From positions 62,001 to 104,917 of the forward strand of contig KZ539041.1 of NCBI GenBank assembly GCA_000934665.2: DNA of 42,917 nucleotides. The letters are read 5' to 3'. The translations under genes were made by a program, and so were the position numbers. The notes below the pieces were generated by a model. The model was not told the DNA's origin. It searched no databases and was given only the letters and a program-made list of their open reading frames with translations. Source of the DNA: Catajapyx aquilonaris. Lineage: Eukaryota. Shown here piece by piece: positions 1 to 12,311 of this stretch (the first letter of the stretch is position 1; every line of letters starts with the position of its first letter).

Positions 1-3000
1 CGCAGATAATCGCCTCTAGGATTGGGATGATTTAGGGTCAACCTCCCCCTTGCCAACGTCCCTTTTCGCTTCAAAATTTTTATGGCTACAAAATGGCAAT
101 GACGTCATTGCCATATCTACCCATCGCTAATTTGGAACTTACCTTGTTAATGAAAGAAAAAAAAATCGGTTTTCCAAACTTGGCCGGTTTAATTGACCGG
201 CACTAGCGAATAGCGTGTTTTGACTTGCAAAAAGAACAGAGGATGCATTTCAGCGGCTTCTAAACGGCAAAACACAATTTGGAAAGGACTGGAATGTTCT
301 CCAACGGGTTTTGCAAGCACTTTGGAGAGGACTTACGCCCAACTGATAGACTACGTATCATTCGCAGGGATTCAGGTATTGCCTTGCAAAATAAGTTGTT
401 TTTTTCTACAATGAAAAGGGTGATGAACTTAGGATACCGGGTATTCTACAGAAAAAGGAGCTACTGGTATAAGGACACATTGCGGAAGAATAAGGCTGAG
501 GTATTAGGAAAAAATGGGCGGTCTGCCTCTATGGCGTGTTGAGCGACGTTCTCATCTGGTGGTGCCGCGTTTATTATTGTGCCCATAAAAGTGTTTCCCG
601 CAATATAAACTAACCACTTTAGGTCAAAGAGCACGCCCCTAAGGCCACATCACCTGCTGAGAATTTTATTAATGGAAATACGTACTAACAAATTGTACAT
701 AACTTTTGCAATGAAAGCAACTCCCAGTGTCCCCAGTCGCAAAATGTACGGTTTAATTTTTAAATAATATGGCCACGCCCAATTAAGATAATTCATCTCT
801 ACTGCATAGTATGATAATGAGTTCTATTTTTTCTGTCAAATAATTCCCTCGGAGCGATTATGTATTTCATTTTACGTACATAAAAAACGTTGTGCACTTC
901 AACAGCATGAAATATCGTCGCAGTGGAGAGATAAATGTTTCTCACATTACGTCAGCTAACCTCAAACATTTTAATTAAAGTATTTGTTTCGGGTGACTAG
1001 GAACGTTGTTGCAATAATAATTCATCATTACATTACACAGTTGTTGCCACGCTAATGAATACCAGTCTCGCATTACACAGTTGTTGTAATAATATTTTCC
1101 TAATTAGAAAAATATGCAGGACATGAGTCCGCTACACGCGAGGGGTTACATTAGCATACAAACAAGGACGGCAAAGCTCACTAAAAGTTGCACGACCCTG
1201 CTGAGGTCAAGAATAAATACCGTACTATAAAAAAGCGGGTAAACAACAACAACAACAAAACAATAACATCGGCGATAGCAGAGCGCACGTATCAAGATTG
1301 ACGGTCGAGGCTCCCTAATAAAAAGCTACTCACGATCCCAGATTATGCACAGCACTGTCCCAGCACCCAGGCCCCGTGATAAAGAAGGAGGTGTTGGCAG
1401 CCTCCGTAAATCTTCGGCAGGGGGGAATGGGGGGGAAAGGGTGGGGAGACCTGACAGGGGAGAAAGGGGGAAGAGGGGTGTTCTAGTGATTCTCAACTCC
1501 GATACTTTCCATCCAAGTCGCCATATAATAGATAGGAAGTAGACTAGTTTAGAGTGTGATTAATTTAGCATTGAATGTTTCAAAATTGGCGCCCAAAATA
1601 ACCCACAATGAATTGAAGAAGATGCCATTATCTTCACCTGTCCCCGTCTTGAACCGACTTGGACCACCATGTACATGCAGCAAAATATAAGCGTCAATAT
1701 TTAAACACAACTTGTATCATCTATAATAGTTATTATTAATGTAAAGTAGGATTGCGTGTGGAATCTGCGCATGACTTCCGCTTTTATATATATATATATA
1801 CCCACAGTGTGCAATATACACATTTTAACGCTGAAACACATATAAATTGTAGTAAATGCACTTAGCCAACTGCAGTTCTGGCAACCAGGAAAGAAAAATA
1901 ATCAGGAAAGACTGTTAATCAGCACACATTCCACTGAGTTAACAACTTTTGTCCAGGCAAAGTGTGTAACTAACGCTGGAAATTGCCAGTCCAAAGTAGG
2001 AAGGATCCGCCCTTCATAAAACAATCCAGCTATTTCATGTGCCAGTTAGAGTAGAATGGTGGAGTTCAGGTGGGGGTCAGGTGGACGGGGTCAGGTGTAG
2101 GGTATACAGGTGGGGTTGGGTAGTGGTAGAGTTACGTGAGAGCGGCCATCTGAGACCCGTCTTCAATTGTTTGCACGCCCGCCGGAAGATGTTTAAGACA
2201 TTTTTGCGAGCCTTGTTTCGATTCGCATCAGCAATTCCTCCCAGCATAAGCTCATGGTGATACCTCACTTTGAGGATGAAAAGAGATGGAGAAGGGGGAG
2301 GGGGGAATATATTATTCTAGGCCTAGTGTAGAGAAGGAAAAAAAACACTTAGTATTATCATTATCATTATCGTCACGAAAGTAGTGTCGGAGTCTAAAAT
2401 GGGAAGGGACAATGGTTGAATCTTCCTTTCCGAATTTGTTATGGTGTTTGTGTGGATGGTACCACTTTCTCTTGAGTGGTTGTCAGGATTATTGTCACCG
2501 TTTAACGTGTGATAGAGTAAGAATACGGCTTTTTATTTATTTTTGGCTTTTTCTGAAAGGTGCATTTTTCGATGGAGAATTGAGTTAGAACAGGTGTTAT
2601 AGGAAATGGAGGGTGTTTCAGTTTTAGAGGTTTTAAATATACACGTTGCAGCGCAGATGTAATTATTTTATTTTGAACAAAAATACGAGATAGAGAAAGT
2701 CATCATTTTGATTGGTGGAGTGTTATCTTCCGGTGATATGGAAATGATATCAGTGTAAAAGAGCGCGCAAACTGGCTATAATACCATCGTCCACTACTGG
2801 CGCAAATTTTTAAATAAGATTCACCAAACTGTGGACAAACAGAATTTGAATTCTCAGGTTGAAAATCCTGTCCCCTATTTCTCCAAAGCTCAGCGAATTA
2901 TAATGACTATAGGTGATTTATATCATCATCTAAAATTATTAAGTAGGATGTACACCAGTTACGATTGGCTTACTAATAAAATTACTCCTAACTGTATATA

Positions 3001-4634
3001 CGTAGATCAAAAAATAATAAGCTACAAATTTGCGAAGCTTTTCTGTACACATCAAAGTAACGCTGCAAATGTTGGACGAAAAGGGGGGAAACTCGAACGA
3101 CCCCTAAAAAATAGTAGTAAAGAATACAAAAAAAAGGGTGGGAGGGTTGAAAAAGTTGAAATGTGGGAAGGAAAGATCTTCCACCTTAAACGTTTCGTGG
3201 TCCCTTGTCTCGCGTGATGATGAAGACCGTTCAAAATTGGCTAGATTATAGATATTTATCCCTTTTCATCTGGCTGCATGTGCACAGGGCTTTGTTGTGT
3301 GTAACCAACAAGGGACTCCCCAAAGTTCCCCTCCCAACCCCACCTCTTCCACTCTTATCATCAGAGAAGCTCCCCTCTTATGATAAGAAGATACTCCTCA
3401 GATTTGACTATAAAATGCTCATTATGTAGTGAAATTAAGCTTTGAGGTAATTGCACGGGATTTTGCCTGAACCTATATCTTTGCATAGTTACTCGGATTT
3501 CAGAGACAATATTAGCATGAGGAAATTACAAATGTTCGTTTATGGATAGTTTGAGCATGTTTTTGTTTTCTCTATCTATCCATGCTCCTGAGGCCACAGG
3601 TCCGGCCGCAAAAATGGTAAGAGAATGGTAACGCCCATTTGGTAGGAAGCCCCCCAAAAGCTTCTCAAGAAGCAGCCAGCGTGAGAGATAAGCCGAGATG
3701 GAAGAAGATAGCAAGAGGAGTCATGCAGTCTGTCTTAGTATCGCGTGAGCTTCTCGAGACCTCCCTAACCCATTTTCCTCACGAAGATTCCCATTAGCCA
3801 CCACTTTGCCATTCATCTGGCTACCCTGCACGACGTCACGCGCCCTGCCACAAACATGGCTGCCACAGGCGTGAAGCTGATTTTGGTGATCTTGGTGGTC
3901 AAAAATATTTTTTTTGTAGGTCTATAGCTAGTGGAAAAGTCAGTTGTATCGAAGATTAGGAGGGGAAAAAATCCGATTATGTCTAATTCACAATTAATTA
4001 TAACTTTTCTTATCCCTTTTTCAATTTTTTTCTGTCGGTGGCTTTGGCGCGACTTTTTTTTCCCTCTTGAACGGTCCACTTTTTTGGAAGGGCCAATTTG
4101 CCCTTTACACGGCCATCAGTCTTTGTTAGGCTAACCAAAGGTGGTCACTGAGCTGTGCAGCCCAATGCGGCGGCACATCTAGCTCCATTTGTCACATGCC
4201 TCGTTCTACTCGATGAAAGCCCATGAAATACGGTTAGCAATTCGAGAATTTTTAATATTTTTCTACCTTAAAGTCCTTACCGCTTATTTTTAGGGAGACC
4301 CATGCAGAGAGAGCGTCATTTGTTAAAATGGTTCAGTTTGGTGCCCAATGTTGGCGCCCCTTATCCACAAACCATCGCAAGCTTCTAATTACAAATGGCC
4401 GGCCTAATCGCCACGCACCGCTGCATCCCCCCGTAGCTTTCAAGAAAATAAAAATTACAAAAAAAACCAAACCCATAATCTAACCTAACATATCATGGTG
4501 CTGTTAATGAAAATTGCCCAGGAACCTGTAAGGACGTGAAAATTATGTTCTGTGGTCACAATGGCCACCCCAGGGAATCTCAGTGGTACGTTGCCAAAAA
4601 AATATATATTATATACGGTACTATACACGTTTTG

Positions 4635-5030
4635 TCAACAGATGGCACAAGTTGCATAGACACTTTTAGAGAAGCATGAACTACTCTGATGAATAAGTGC
4701 AGGATTTGTGTCGGAAAAGTGCCGCCACATGTCACGTAGGATGTGTGAACAGAAGTGATTCGTGACACTCGCATTTTGGCCGCCTCTTTGCAACATAAAA
4801 GACACACCAGACCATGAATAGACCGAGATGTCACACACACTTTCAGTCCCATACATCAAAATCCTGTTTGGGAAAAGTGCAACTCAGGAGGGTCTCAGGC
4901 TTCCACTATTCAACTGATAGTCTGAATACGGCCGACACCAGAATGTGATAGACCTCCCATATCGACCACTGACGACTGATTGTTACGAGGCCTCCCATAC
5001 CATCTGTCTGTGTGAGATGTACTAGATTTG
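4635..5030 (-). mobile_element. Decayed RTE-like LINE 3' fragment (post-RT region)
   Basis: Minus strand reads HILVSAVFRLSVE*W (cf. RI.KAS.AF.RL...W), then ILMYGTES (cf. LLYG.E.W), then FCSHILRDMWRHF..TN (cf. CLRRIL.I.W...V.N), in the expected order. Confidence 0.5.
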
Positions 5031-5950
5031 GTGGGGGTTTGCAGGTGATGGATTTTGATGGCATAATGTTTTTCAGATTGTGAGAGATAAGGGTAGCAGC
5101 TGTGGGCCAGTTTAGCGGTAATTGTATATTACAGGGTTGGCTTGAAAGCTGTGGTTTCAACGTTGTGTTTATAATATTGAAGTGTTCATTTCAAATTCCG
5201 GACGTGATTATTGAACTTGGTGTATTAATTAAATCTGAGGACAAAAACTAGAAAAAGGAGGCCGAGGTTGTCTGCTATAGACAGAACATATCGCTTCCTC
5301 TATTATTAGTCATTTCCTGGATATTTATCACCTTTTAAGAACTGGATGTTGTTTAAGTGCCTGGAGGTTGAAAGTAATTAGAGTTGATTGATATTATCAC
5401 TATAGTACCAGAAGGGTAAACTGACCCCTTAAAATGTTCTCAAAGACATTGTGCACCATGTGGTTCACGACAGATTTTCTATATGCTCACTATGATTCAG
5501 TAATTGTTCATAGCCCTCGATTAGTTACATCTACTAGGCCAGCAAAAATATTTTAGTGCGTGGAATATTTTGATGAGTCTTCTACAAATAGACAACTGCA
5601 TGCAAGGAGACAGCGATTTCTTGGCCTGTGGGTAAACAGGGGTTCATATCATGACTTCGACTGCTGGTGGTTTCCCAGTGGGTCATTTCTCAGTGTCAAA
5701 TCTACCACATTTATTTCAATTATGGATCTGAATATTTATCAGAATAATGATTTTACTATCCAAAAAGTAGTGGCATAACAAGCTGCTTATTATTTATTAC
5801 AAAATTTTGATAACTAATACGGACAGTCCAGCTGGAAAGCATGTTTGGAAGGAGAGTCAAATAATGTTAGACAACAAGAGATTATCTGTATAGGACACCC
5901 ATTTTTTTGGGCCACTAAGATTATTGGTGCAAATAGTGCTTGATAGTGAC

Positions 5951-6176
5951 CAAGGTGTTCCAGATTCGTGGGTCACTTTTTCATAACTGATATCGACCGA
6001 TAGCAGTTTTTTGTAGCTTGTTGTGCTTCTAACTATGTGCTCCATTCCACTGGGGGTCGATTATAGCAGGTGCTATAGAATGGAGCACATGCTTAGGGGC
6101 ACAACAAGCTGCAAAAAATAACTGCTATCAGGGATATCAGTTATCAAAAAGTGACCCACGAATCTGGAACACCCTG
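5951..6176. mobile_element. Tc1/mariner-type MITE (foldback, ~100-bp imperfect TIRs)
   Basis: Left end CAAGGTGTTCCAGATTCGTGGGTCACTTTTT mirrors right end AAAAAGTGACCCACGAATCTGGAACACCCTG, which is followed by TA. CAGGGTG termini with TA are typical of Tc1/mariner. The left TA is not preserved. Confidence 0.85.
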
Positions 6177-8086
6177 TATAGCGAAGTGGGAGCTATAATT
6201 TCAAACCAGCTTAGACACAGGGATCAGAACGTTGGGAATTTGTAATTTGTGCAAGTTTCATATGACCACAGAAGGGGCCAGGAACCTAAAATTATTTGAA
6301 TTTTTATGACATTTGGACGGTGTTATGCAATAATGAGTCAACCCACATGAGACCAGTTTTGAGAAAAAGGGCTTTGAAGGTCATACCTGTGAAATTAATT
6401 CCATGTTCTTTTCGGTAATTTATGGCACAAGTATATGCAGATTTCATCAGCTTGATTTTAACTGAATGAAGTAGGATCCTTTAGGTATATGTTCCTGGGC
6501 TTAGCTCAATTTTGACATTTTGTGGGTTGACAAATTATTCCATCACAGCGTCCATTTATAGGTGATGCAAAATAATAATAGACTAGTCACCGGTGGCCAA
6601 AATTTGACAAAAGTGGTTAGTATGGTAAAGGCAGCAGCATCGAAGCGACATCCGACGGTGAAGTGCAGAAGTAGGAGAATGGCGACCGGTGGCGCCTGGC
6701 GCGAAGGAAATGGGAATTCCGTGGAACTGGCGACGTCGCGGTTTTTTTACTTTTTTGTGTTTTATAAATTCCCTGGGCACTATTTCCAAACAAAAAAGTG
6801 GTTTGCAAATATAGAAAACGCGGGCAAAATTTTGCACCACTTCCAATGCTGTAGGCCGTACACAGCGGGAGGTGTTTCCATGACAGTCGGGCTAAAGATT
6901 ACCCAACATGCTTCGTTGTTTTTACAGCTATTTCTGTCAATTTGTTTGCAGTACACAGTCACACGACACGAATTTTCTTCTACATTTTGTATTTACCTCT
7001 ATATTAACGAACTCGAGCACAAAAGCAACGACTCCATGAACAGTCTTTGTTTCAACGACTACTTCCGTCCGTTTTTAGAAATCTAAGCTTCGATCATCCC
7101 CTCCACATTTTTCAGCAAAAAAAAATAAATACCAAATATAGGCTGACATATTCCAAAAAACTGCTCAATTGGATGCGGCTGATATATACATCTTCTCCTA
7201 GCATCATCAGTAATACTCCTGGGAAAAAAGAAAAGCTTCTTGTCTCATCGTAAATAAAAGAGAAGAGGGGGCCTCCTTTCCTCCTCTGGCATATCTGGAG
7301 AGGTATTGCCGACTTCATCGGTGCAGAAAGATAAAAAGGAGAGTCTGTGCGGGATTTGAAGCTCACTGATTGGGAGGCGCGTGCTGGCATAGGCCCCATC
7401 ATCATCCCGGAGTTGTTGCAACGGCTCCTGCGCGCATGCAAAAAGGAACTCGAGAAATTCGCTCTACGCTTCCCTGGAGAGGAAAGCGGGAAGGAAACAA
7501 GGGAGCGCCAAGGCCTATCATTGGCCCGACCCACTCACTTCATCCTTGGCTGGGCTGCTTCAGAAGAAGTCTTTTCAAACACCGGACTAATTCTTTCCCT
7601 TTTTGCACCAACAACCCTCCCCTAAGCTAAGCCCAAGTCTGAAGAAGCAGCAATGTTGTATGCAACACTCCACGTTTTCTTTAATTAAATGGGGGGTGCT
7701 TACTGACGTGATGTAGATGTGCGGAGGCATTCGCTTTTTAGGGATGATATTCACTTTGTGGGTTGGTTGTTAGTGGGCAACTACTATAATTCGGGGTTGG
7801 AAAAGGGGGTAATTATTTGCGGAAGAAAGGATGCTTGCATGATGGAGTTTTTTTTTGGCGGGGGGGGGGGGGGGNTGCTGGAGCTTATGGTAATGCGAGC
7901 GGTGTGTCGTGATCTTTTCTAGATGCTGCTTCCTCATGCACCGTAGGCGACAGGAATGGAAGGGCAGTATGAATTAGTCCCAAGTTGGCAGGTTATGGGT
8001 TCGACATTGAGCCAATGGTCAAAATTTTTAGATGGAACGTGTGCGTGCAATAAGCAGATAAGTGCAAGAAAATTGATTTGTAACTA

Positions 8087-8245
8087 CAGTTGAATTCGGA
8101 TATAACAGACTTTAAGGCACCGCGAAAATCGGTCTGTTATAGCCGAATACACAAACCATATAAAAAATATGCCGGGACCGCCATTTCTAGACTGTTATAA
8201 CCGAAAGTCTGTTATAGCCAAGGCTGCTATATCCGGATTCAACTG
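8087..8245. mobile_element. pogo/Tigger-like MITE
   Basis: TA|CAGTTGAATTCGGATATAAC ... GCTATATCCGGATTCAACTG|TG terminal inverted repeats, with internal subterminal repeats CTGTTATARCC. CAGT termini plus TA are typical of Tigger/pogo-derived MITEs. Confidence 0.8.
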
Positions 8246-8607
8246 TGGAGGATACTAGAATCTTTACAAACTCGATATACCATAGGATCAACTCAAAATG
8301 TAATACGTCTAAAAGCCATAGGACAACATCCATGGTTAGGAGACGGCAATACCTGCTGGCTCTTTGATACCAGAATGTTCTGTAATGGCCAAAGGCTGTT
8401 ATAAAAGATTATGGGAGACTTATTAGGCACCAAGGGATCAATATTTTTGGCGTAAATGGTTCATGATGGTGTCAACAAGAAAATGGCAAGCTAAAATTAT
8501 GCGATATGGGCTGGTCTCTGCTTCGATTTGATGGGTGGAATGGTGATAATAAGCAATTTTTCAAAAATATTAAATAGCTACAAGTAGCTCTGGAAGTCTT
8601 AATATTA

Positions 8608-8630
8608 TACAGGGTGTTCCATTTGAATAT
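8608..8630. mobile_element. Solitary Tc1/mariner-like TIR end
   Basis: TA|CAGGGTGTTCCATTTGAA has the same terminal motif as the MITEs at 5951 and 32846; I saw no partner TIR. Confidence 0.35.
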
Positions 8631-9557
8631 CTACACTGCTCATTTAGTTCCATTATAAATGCACACACATCATAATGTTAATATGTTATCGCCACATGAT
8701 GATTATATCGACAATATTATTATTATTTATTTATTTTTTATATTTTATTTTACGAGAATATTGTTTTTCTTCGAAAACAGGCTACCCCATAACGATGCAC
8801 TTCCTTCTTCCTCGCTTCAGTTTTATAGACAGGGGCAGTAAATTGCGCTAGAAAAAAAGACTACTCCATAAGTCGACTCCCCGGCGAGATATCTTGGCGC
8901 TAGGCAGGTATGCAGAGAGCATTTTCTTGTAGGTGCAGATAGATTCCCGTGAAATGATTTGGGCAGATACGCTACTTTACGAGCCCCACATGCCAGGAGT
9001 TTTCGAGGACAAAAGCATCAAACCATACACAAGACCTGTTTCACCCATACTGTGGATTTTCATTCCGTTCCGTCAGTCATGCTGGTTTTTTCGGCCAAAT
9101 CCAGATTAATATTCAGCCATGTAGAAATGATCATTAATGCAAAAACCGAGCTAGAGCATCTGCTCATTTTTGATCCGGGCCGAAGTTTGAGTATTAGCCA
9201 GCACCTGAATCAGCCGACCCACTTCTTTAATGGCCCAGAACTATTCCACCACAAACGGCCCACCCCCTCACAAATACCTGCGAGACATGCACGATAAGGG
9301 GACAAAACAGCGATTAAGCAAATGAAACCTTGTCGTGTGCATTTTTCCTCAGCAAATGTGTTCCATCGCGATAAGTGTCGAGGTGAATGTCACACTCGGC
9401 CGAAATGCACTTGATCAAAGCTCCAAAGTCTTCCAGGCCTGACGGTGACAACGCGACAAGCTGCGCTACTTATGATTATGATTTTTCCAGTTGGTTTCTA
9501 CATAAGATTGTAATTCTTTCTATAGGGTGGGTTTCTGCTTACGATTATGGTACTTCC

Positions 9558-9813
9558 TATAGTGGATTTGAGTAGATAAAGTTATCCTACTCTTTCCCTG
9601 TATCCCTTATGAGCCTAGGCCTAGCTAGGCCTAGGACATGCGCAATCATACCCGTTCTTCTGTGGTCGACCCAATCACATCCATATATGGTGGATTTGAG
9701 TAGATAAAGTTATCCTACGATTTCCCTGCATCCCTTATGATCCTAGGCCTAGCTAGGCCTAGGACTTGCGCAATCATACCCGTTCTTCTGTGGTCGACCC
9801 AATCACACCCATA
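9558..9813. repeat. 128-bp tandem duplication (2 copies), each with a CCTAGGCCTAGCTAGGCCTAGG palindrome
   Basis: Copies 9558-9685 and 9686-9813 differ at only a handful of positions. Palindromes lie at 9614-9635 and 9741-9764. Confidence 0.95.
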
Positions 9814-12259
9814 CCAGGCGAGTGGCGTCGTTGGGACAGTGGGGACGATAATCAGCCGGTCTAATCCTGGCAGCACACGAGTAGCTCCATAAAGCGCAGG
9901 AAATTGGAAAAGGGCAAGATGAGAGCGGTGCAGGCGGGGTCAGCTACCTGTACTATGATGGTAGGGGAGGATATTTCAGTGGGGTAAGGTGGGGGAAAAT
10001 TTACGGCGTCTCGCACGGCCTGTTACGACCTCACACTCCGCCCTTCTCTACACCCACCTTGTGCTCATCCTTGTCTCTCTCTAAGCACATTTGTTGGTGT
10101 ATGGCAACAGTGGGGGTCTACCTGCATGCCCATCTCTATTTTGATTATAGTCAGGCCCTCTCTCGTGTTGCATGCTCCCTCACAAACTCCAGGGAGGATT
10201 GCTCCTACCTAATGACACCTTTTTAGCATGGCGGTTGCGGTTTGTCGGTTTCGTGGCGTGACCTCCCCTTTAGCCCCCCCCNCCCCCCCTCCTCCTCCAC
10301 ATCATGATACTCCCATTTGTCCCTTTGCCATCCCAAGGGAGAGATCTGAATTGCAGCAACAGACGTTAGACTTGGAAAATAAAGCCATTAAAAAATTGTT
10401 TCAGATTGATGGGTGGTGCAGAAGAGCCGGATGGACAGCTGTCGGAGTGACGAAGATTTAGCTTCTCCTGAAGACTAACCGGCTGCTTTGAGTCGCCGGT
10501 CTTATAGCGGTAAGTTAAGTAAATGGACCTAATGTTGTGGGAAGATCCGACTGATCTGATGCTGTAAAAAAAATAGGAGGAAAAAACTACACCAGGTTGT
10601 TGCAATAAGGAAATCGACGTGACAATCCAACTGGCTGCACCCCCTTTTTTGGTGATATGAAATCACCAGTCCGTGCATTCGAAATCCTCCATTTCCTTTC
10701 GAATGTATGTCCGTCTGCTGACTTCATGGACTCTAATCTTTATTGTGGCTCACAAAGCGGTGGGCATTCATTTCAAACGGGCATTTATAGCTGGGGCTAC
10801 TCACTAAGCCATATTTTATTATTAGCGTTATCCGCAGCACCGGATTTACAGTGCCACCCAATGAGAACTTTTAAACACTTGGCACATCATATCGAGCCAT
10901 TTGCACCAGCCTGGTGGGTTATCCACAATATATGATAATCCGAGCTATCTCTAAAAAAAAAAGGTCAATGGGGTGGACCTTTCTTCATTTCGCATTGTAG
11001 CACACTCATTTATAGCTTGGTTAGCGTAAGATCGTGTATGGGAAAGAGAGGGTCAGTTTAGGGTGTTGAAATACCTCATTTCCTGGTCTCTAATATTAGA
11101 CAAAAAAAAATTAGATCAATAGCTATCAATCACATGTTTCGCCATATTTGTGCCAACCTTTTTGCTCACGAGGGTACATGCCCTGGACACAAGAAAAATG
11201 TGGCTGTGGCACCCCCTTATTGATCTGATATGCAACATTTTATAGAACTTGATCAAATGGGTGGGGTCAAGCTCCGACATGTAGGCTCGTAAATCTAAGA
11301 AAAACTATTTAAGTCGGATTCTTTCTGTGATTGGTGACGTAACACCAGGCCTCTCAAGGATTGGCCAGGGTCACAACTGTGCAGCTGTGCTTTGAAGAGG
11401 TCATTCGATCTCTATTTTCTCACTTATTGGGCCCGGACCCAAGTTGGCTAATCATACAATGACAATTATTAGGTCTATTTAGAGACTTAGGCCTAGTTAG
11501 TGTGATTTGACTCAGTTTGAAAGACCACCCCCGCACCTCCCCCATACCTCCCCATCTCCCATGATAATAATGGGGGTCTCAGGTTCTTCCTACACGCAAA
11601 TCCAGAGGGATTAGAGCAATGGCCTGCTTAAGGCCCATTAGGAGAGGTCCCCGTGTGAGGTGTCCACTGCGGCTAATTTAAGGCTCCGTCGCGTGCCGGA
11701 CAACCTAAAATACTCTTTAAAAAAATAGGGGGAAAAAATGCATCACGAGTTGAATTTTTAGATCTTGCCATTCTTCTTATCCGTTCTTTATTTTTGGGGA
11801 GTTTGTGCCAAAAATGAAGGAGAGATTAGTTATTTTTTGTGTATTTTTAGATTCGTGTGAAACTCTAGGGGTGAAGGACACCAGGTGTAATTACTCTCTT
11901 TCCAGGTTTTTAGAAGGGAAGAAAGGGGGGTAAAATTTGCGTGAAAATTTTGATTCGGATTCTCACATGAAAACTACGCTATGGTAGAATTTACTGTAAT
12001 TTTGAGAGCAAGGAACTTGACACTAATGAAGATTATTTTCGTCTTTCAAGGTGTGTGGAACAGTATCATTTTCTGCTGTTAAGAGTTTCACGTCGGTTTT
12101 TTTTGGAGGCTGTGGATAAAATATAAATTGTACCACCTGTATGTTAGGGATATGTTGTATAGAAAAATATTGAGTTGAATTCCTGAAGTATTTTGAGTCT
12201 GAATTTTTGAAAAGAAATGTCTGGAATTTTGGCTGCAGTTGAAATTCCCAGCTAAATTA

Positions 12260-12260
<1 letters not shown>

Positions 12261-12311
<51 letters not shown>
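12261..12311. repeat. (ATT)17 microsatellite
   Basis: Uninterrupted ATT repeat; it is the source of the poly-Asn run in ORF 12252..12458. Confidence 0.97.

Noticed and set aside
3481..3502. miR-153-like start TTGCATAGT (similarly miR-275-like TCAGGTACCT at 38769 and miR-10-like CCCTGTAGAT at ~40454)
   Set aside because: Similarity stops after 9-10 nt and no precursor hairpin is evident.
6562..7086. 174-aa ORF
   Set aside because: No recognisable domain; non-ATG start; composition is that of non-coding DNA with homopolymer runs.
7112..7630. Overlapping ORFs in a GC-richer patch
   Set aside because: No recognisable homology or convincing splice sites; an unidentified TE relic cannot be excluded.
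10405..10509. Exon-like segment ttgtttcag|...|gtaagt
   Set aside because: Weak polypyrimidine tract and stops in all three frames; could only be a non-coding exon, and there is no supporting evidence.
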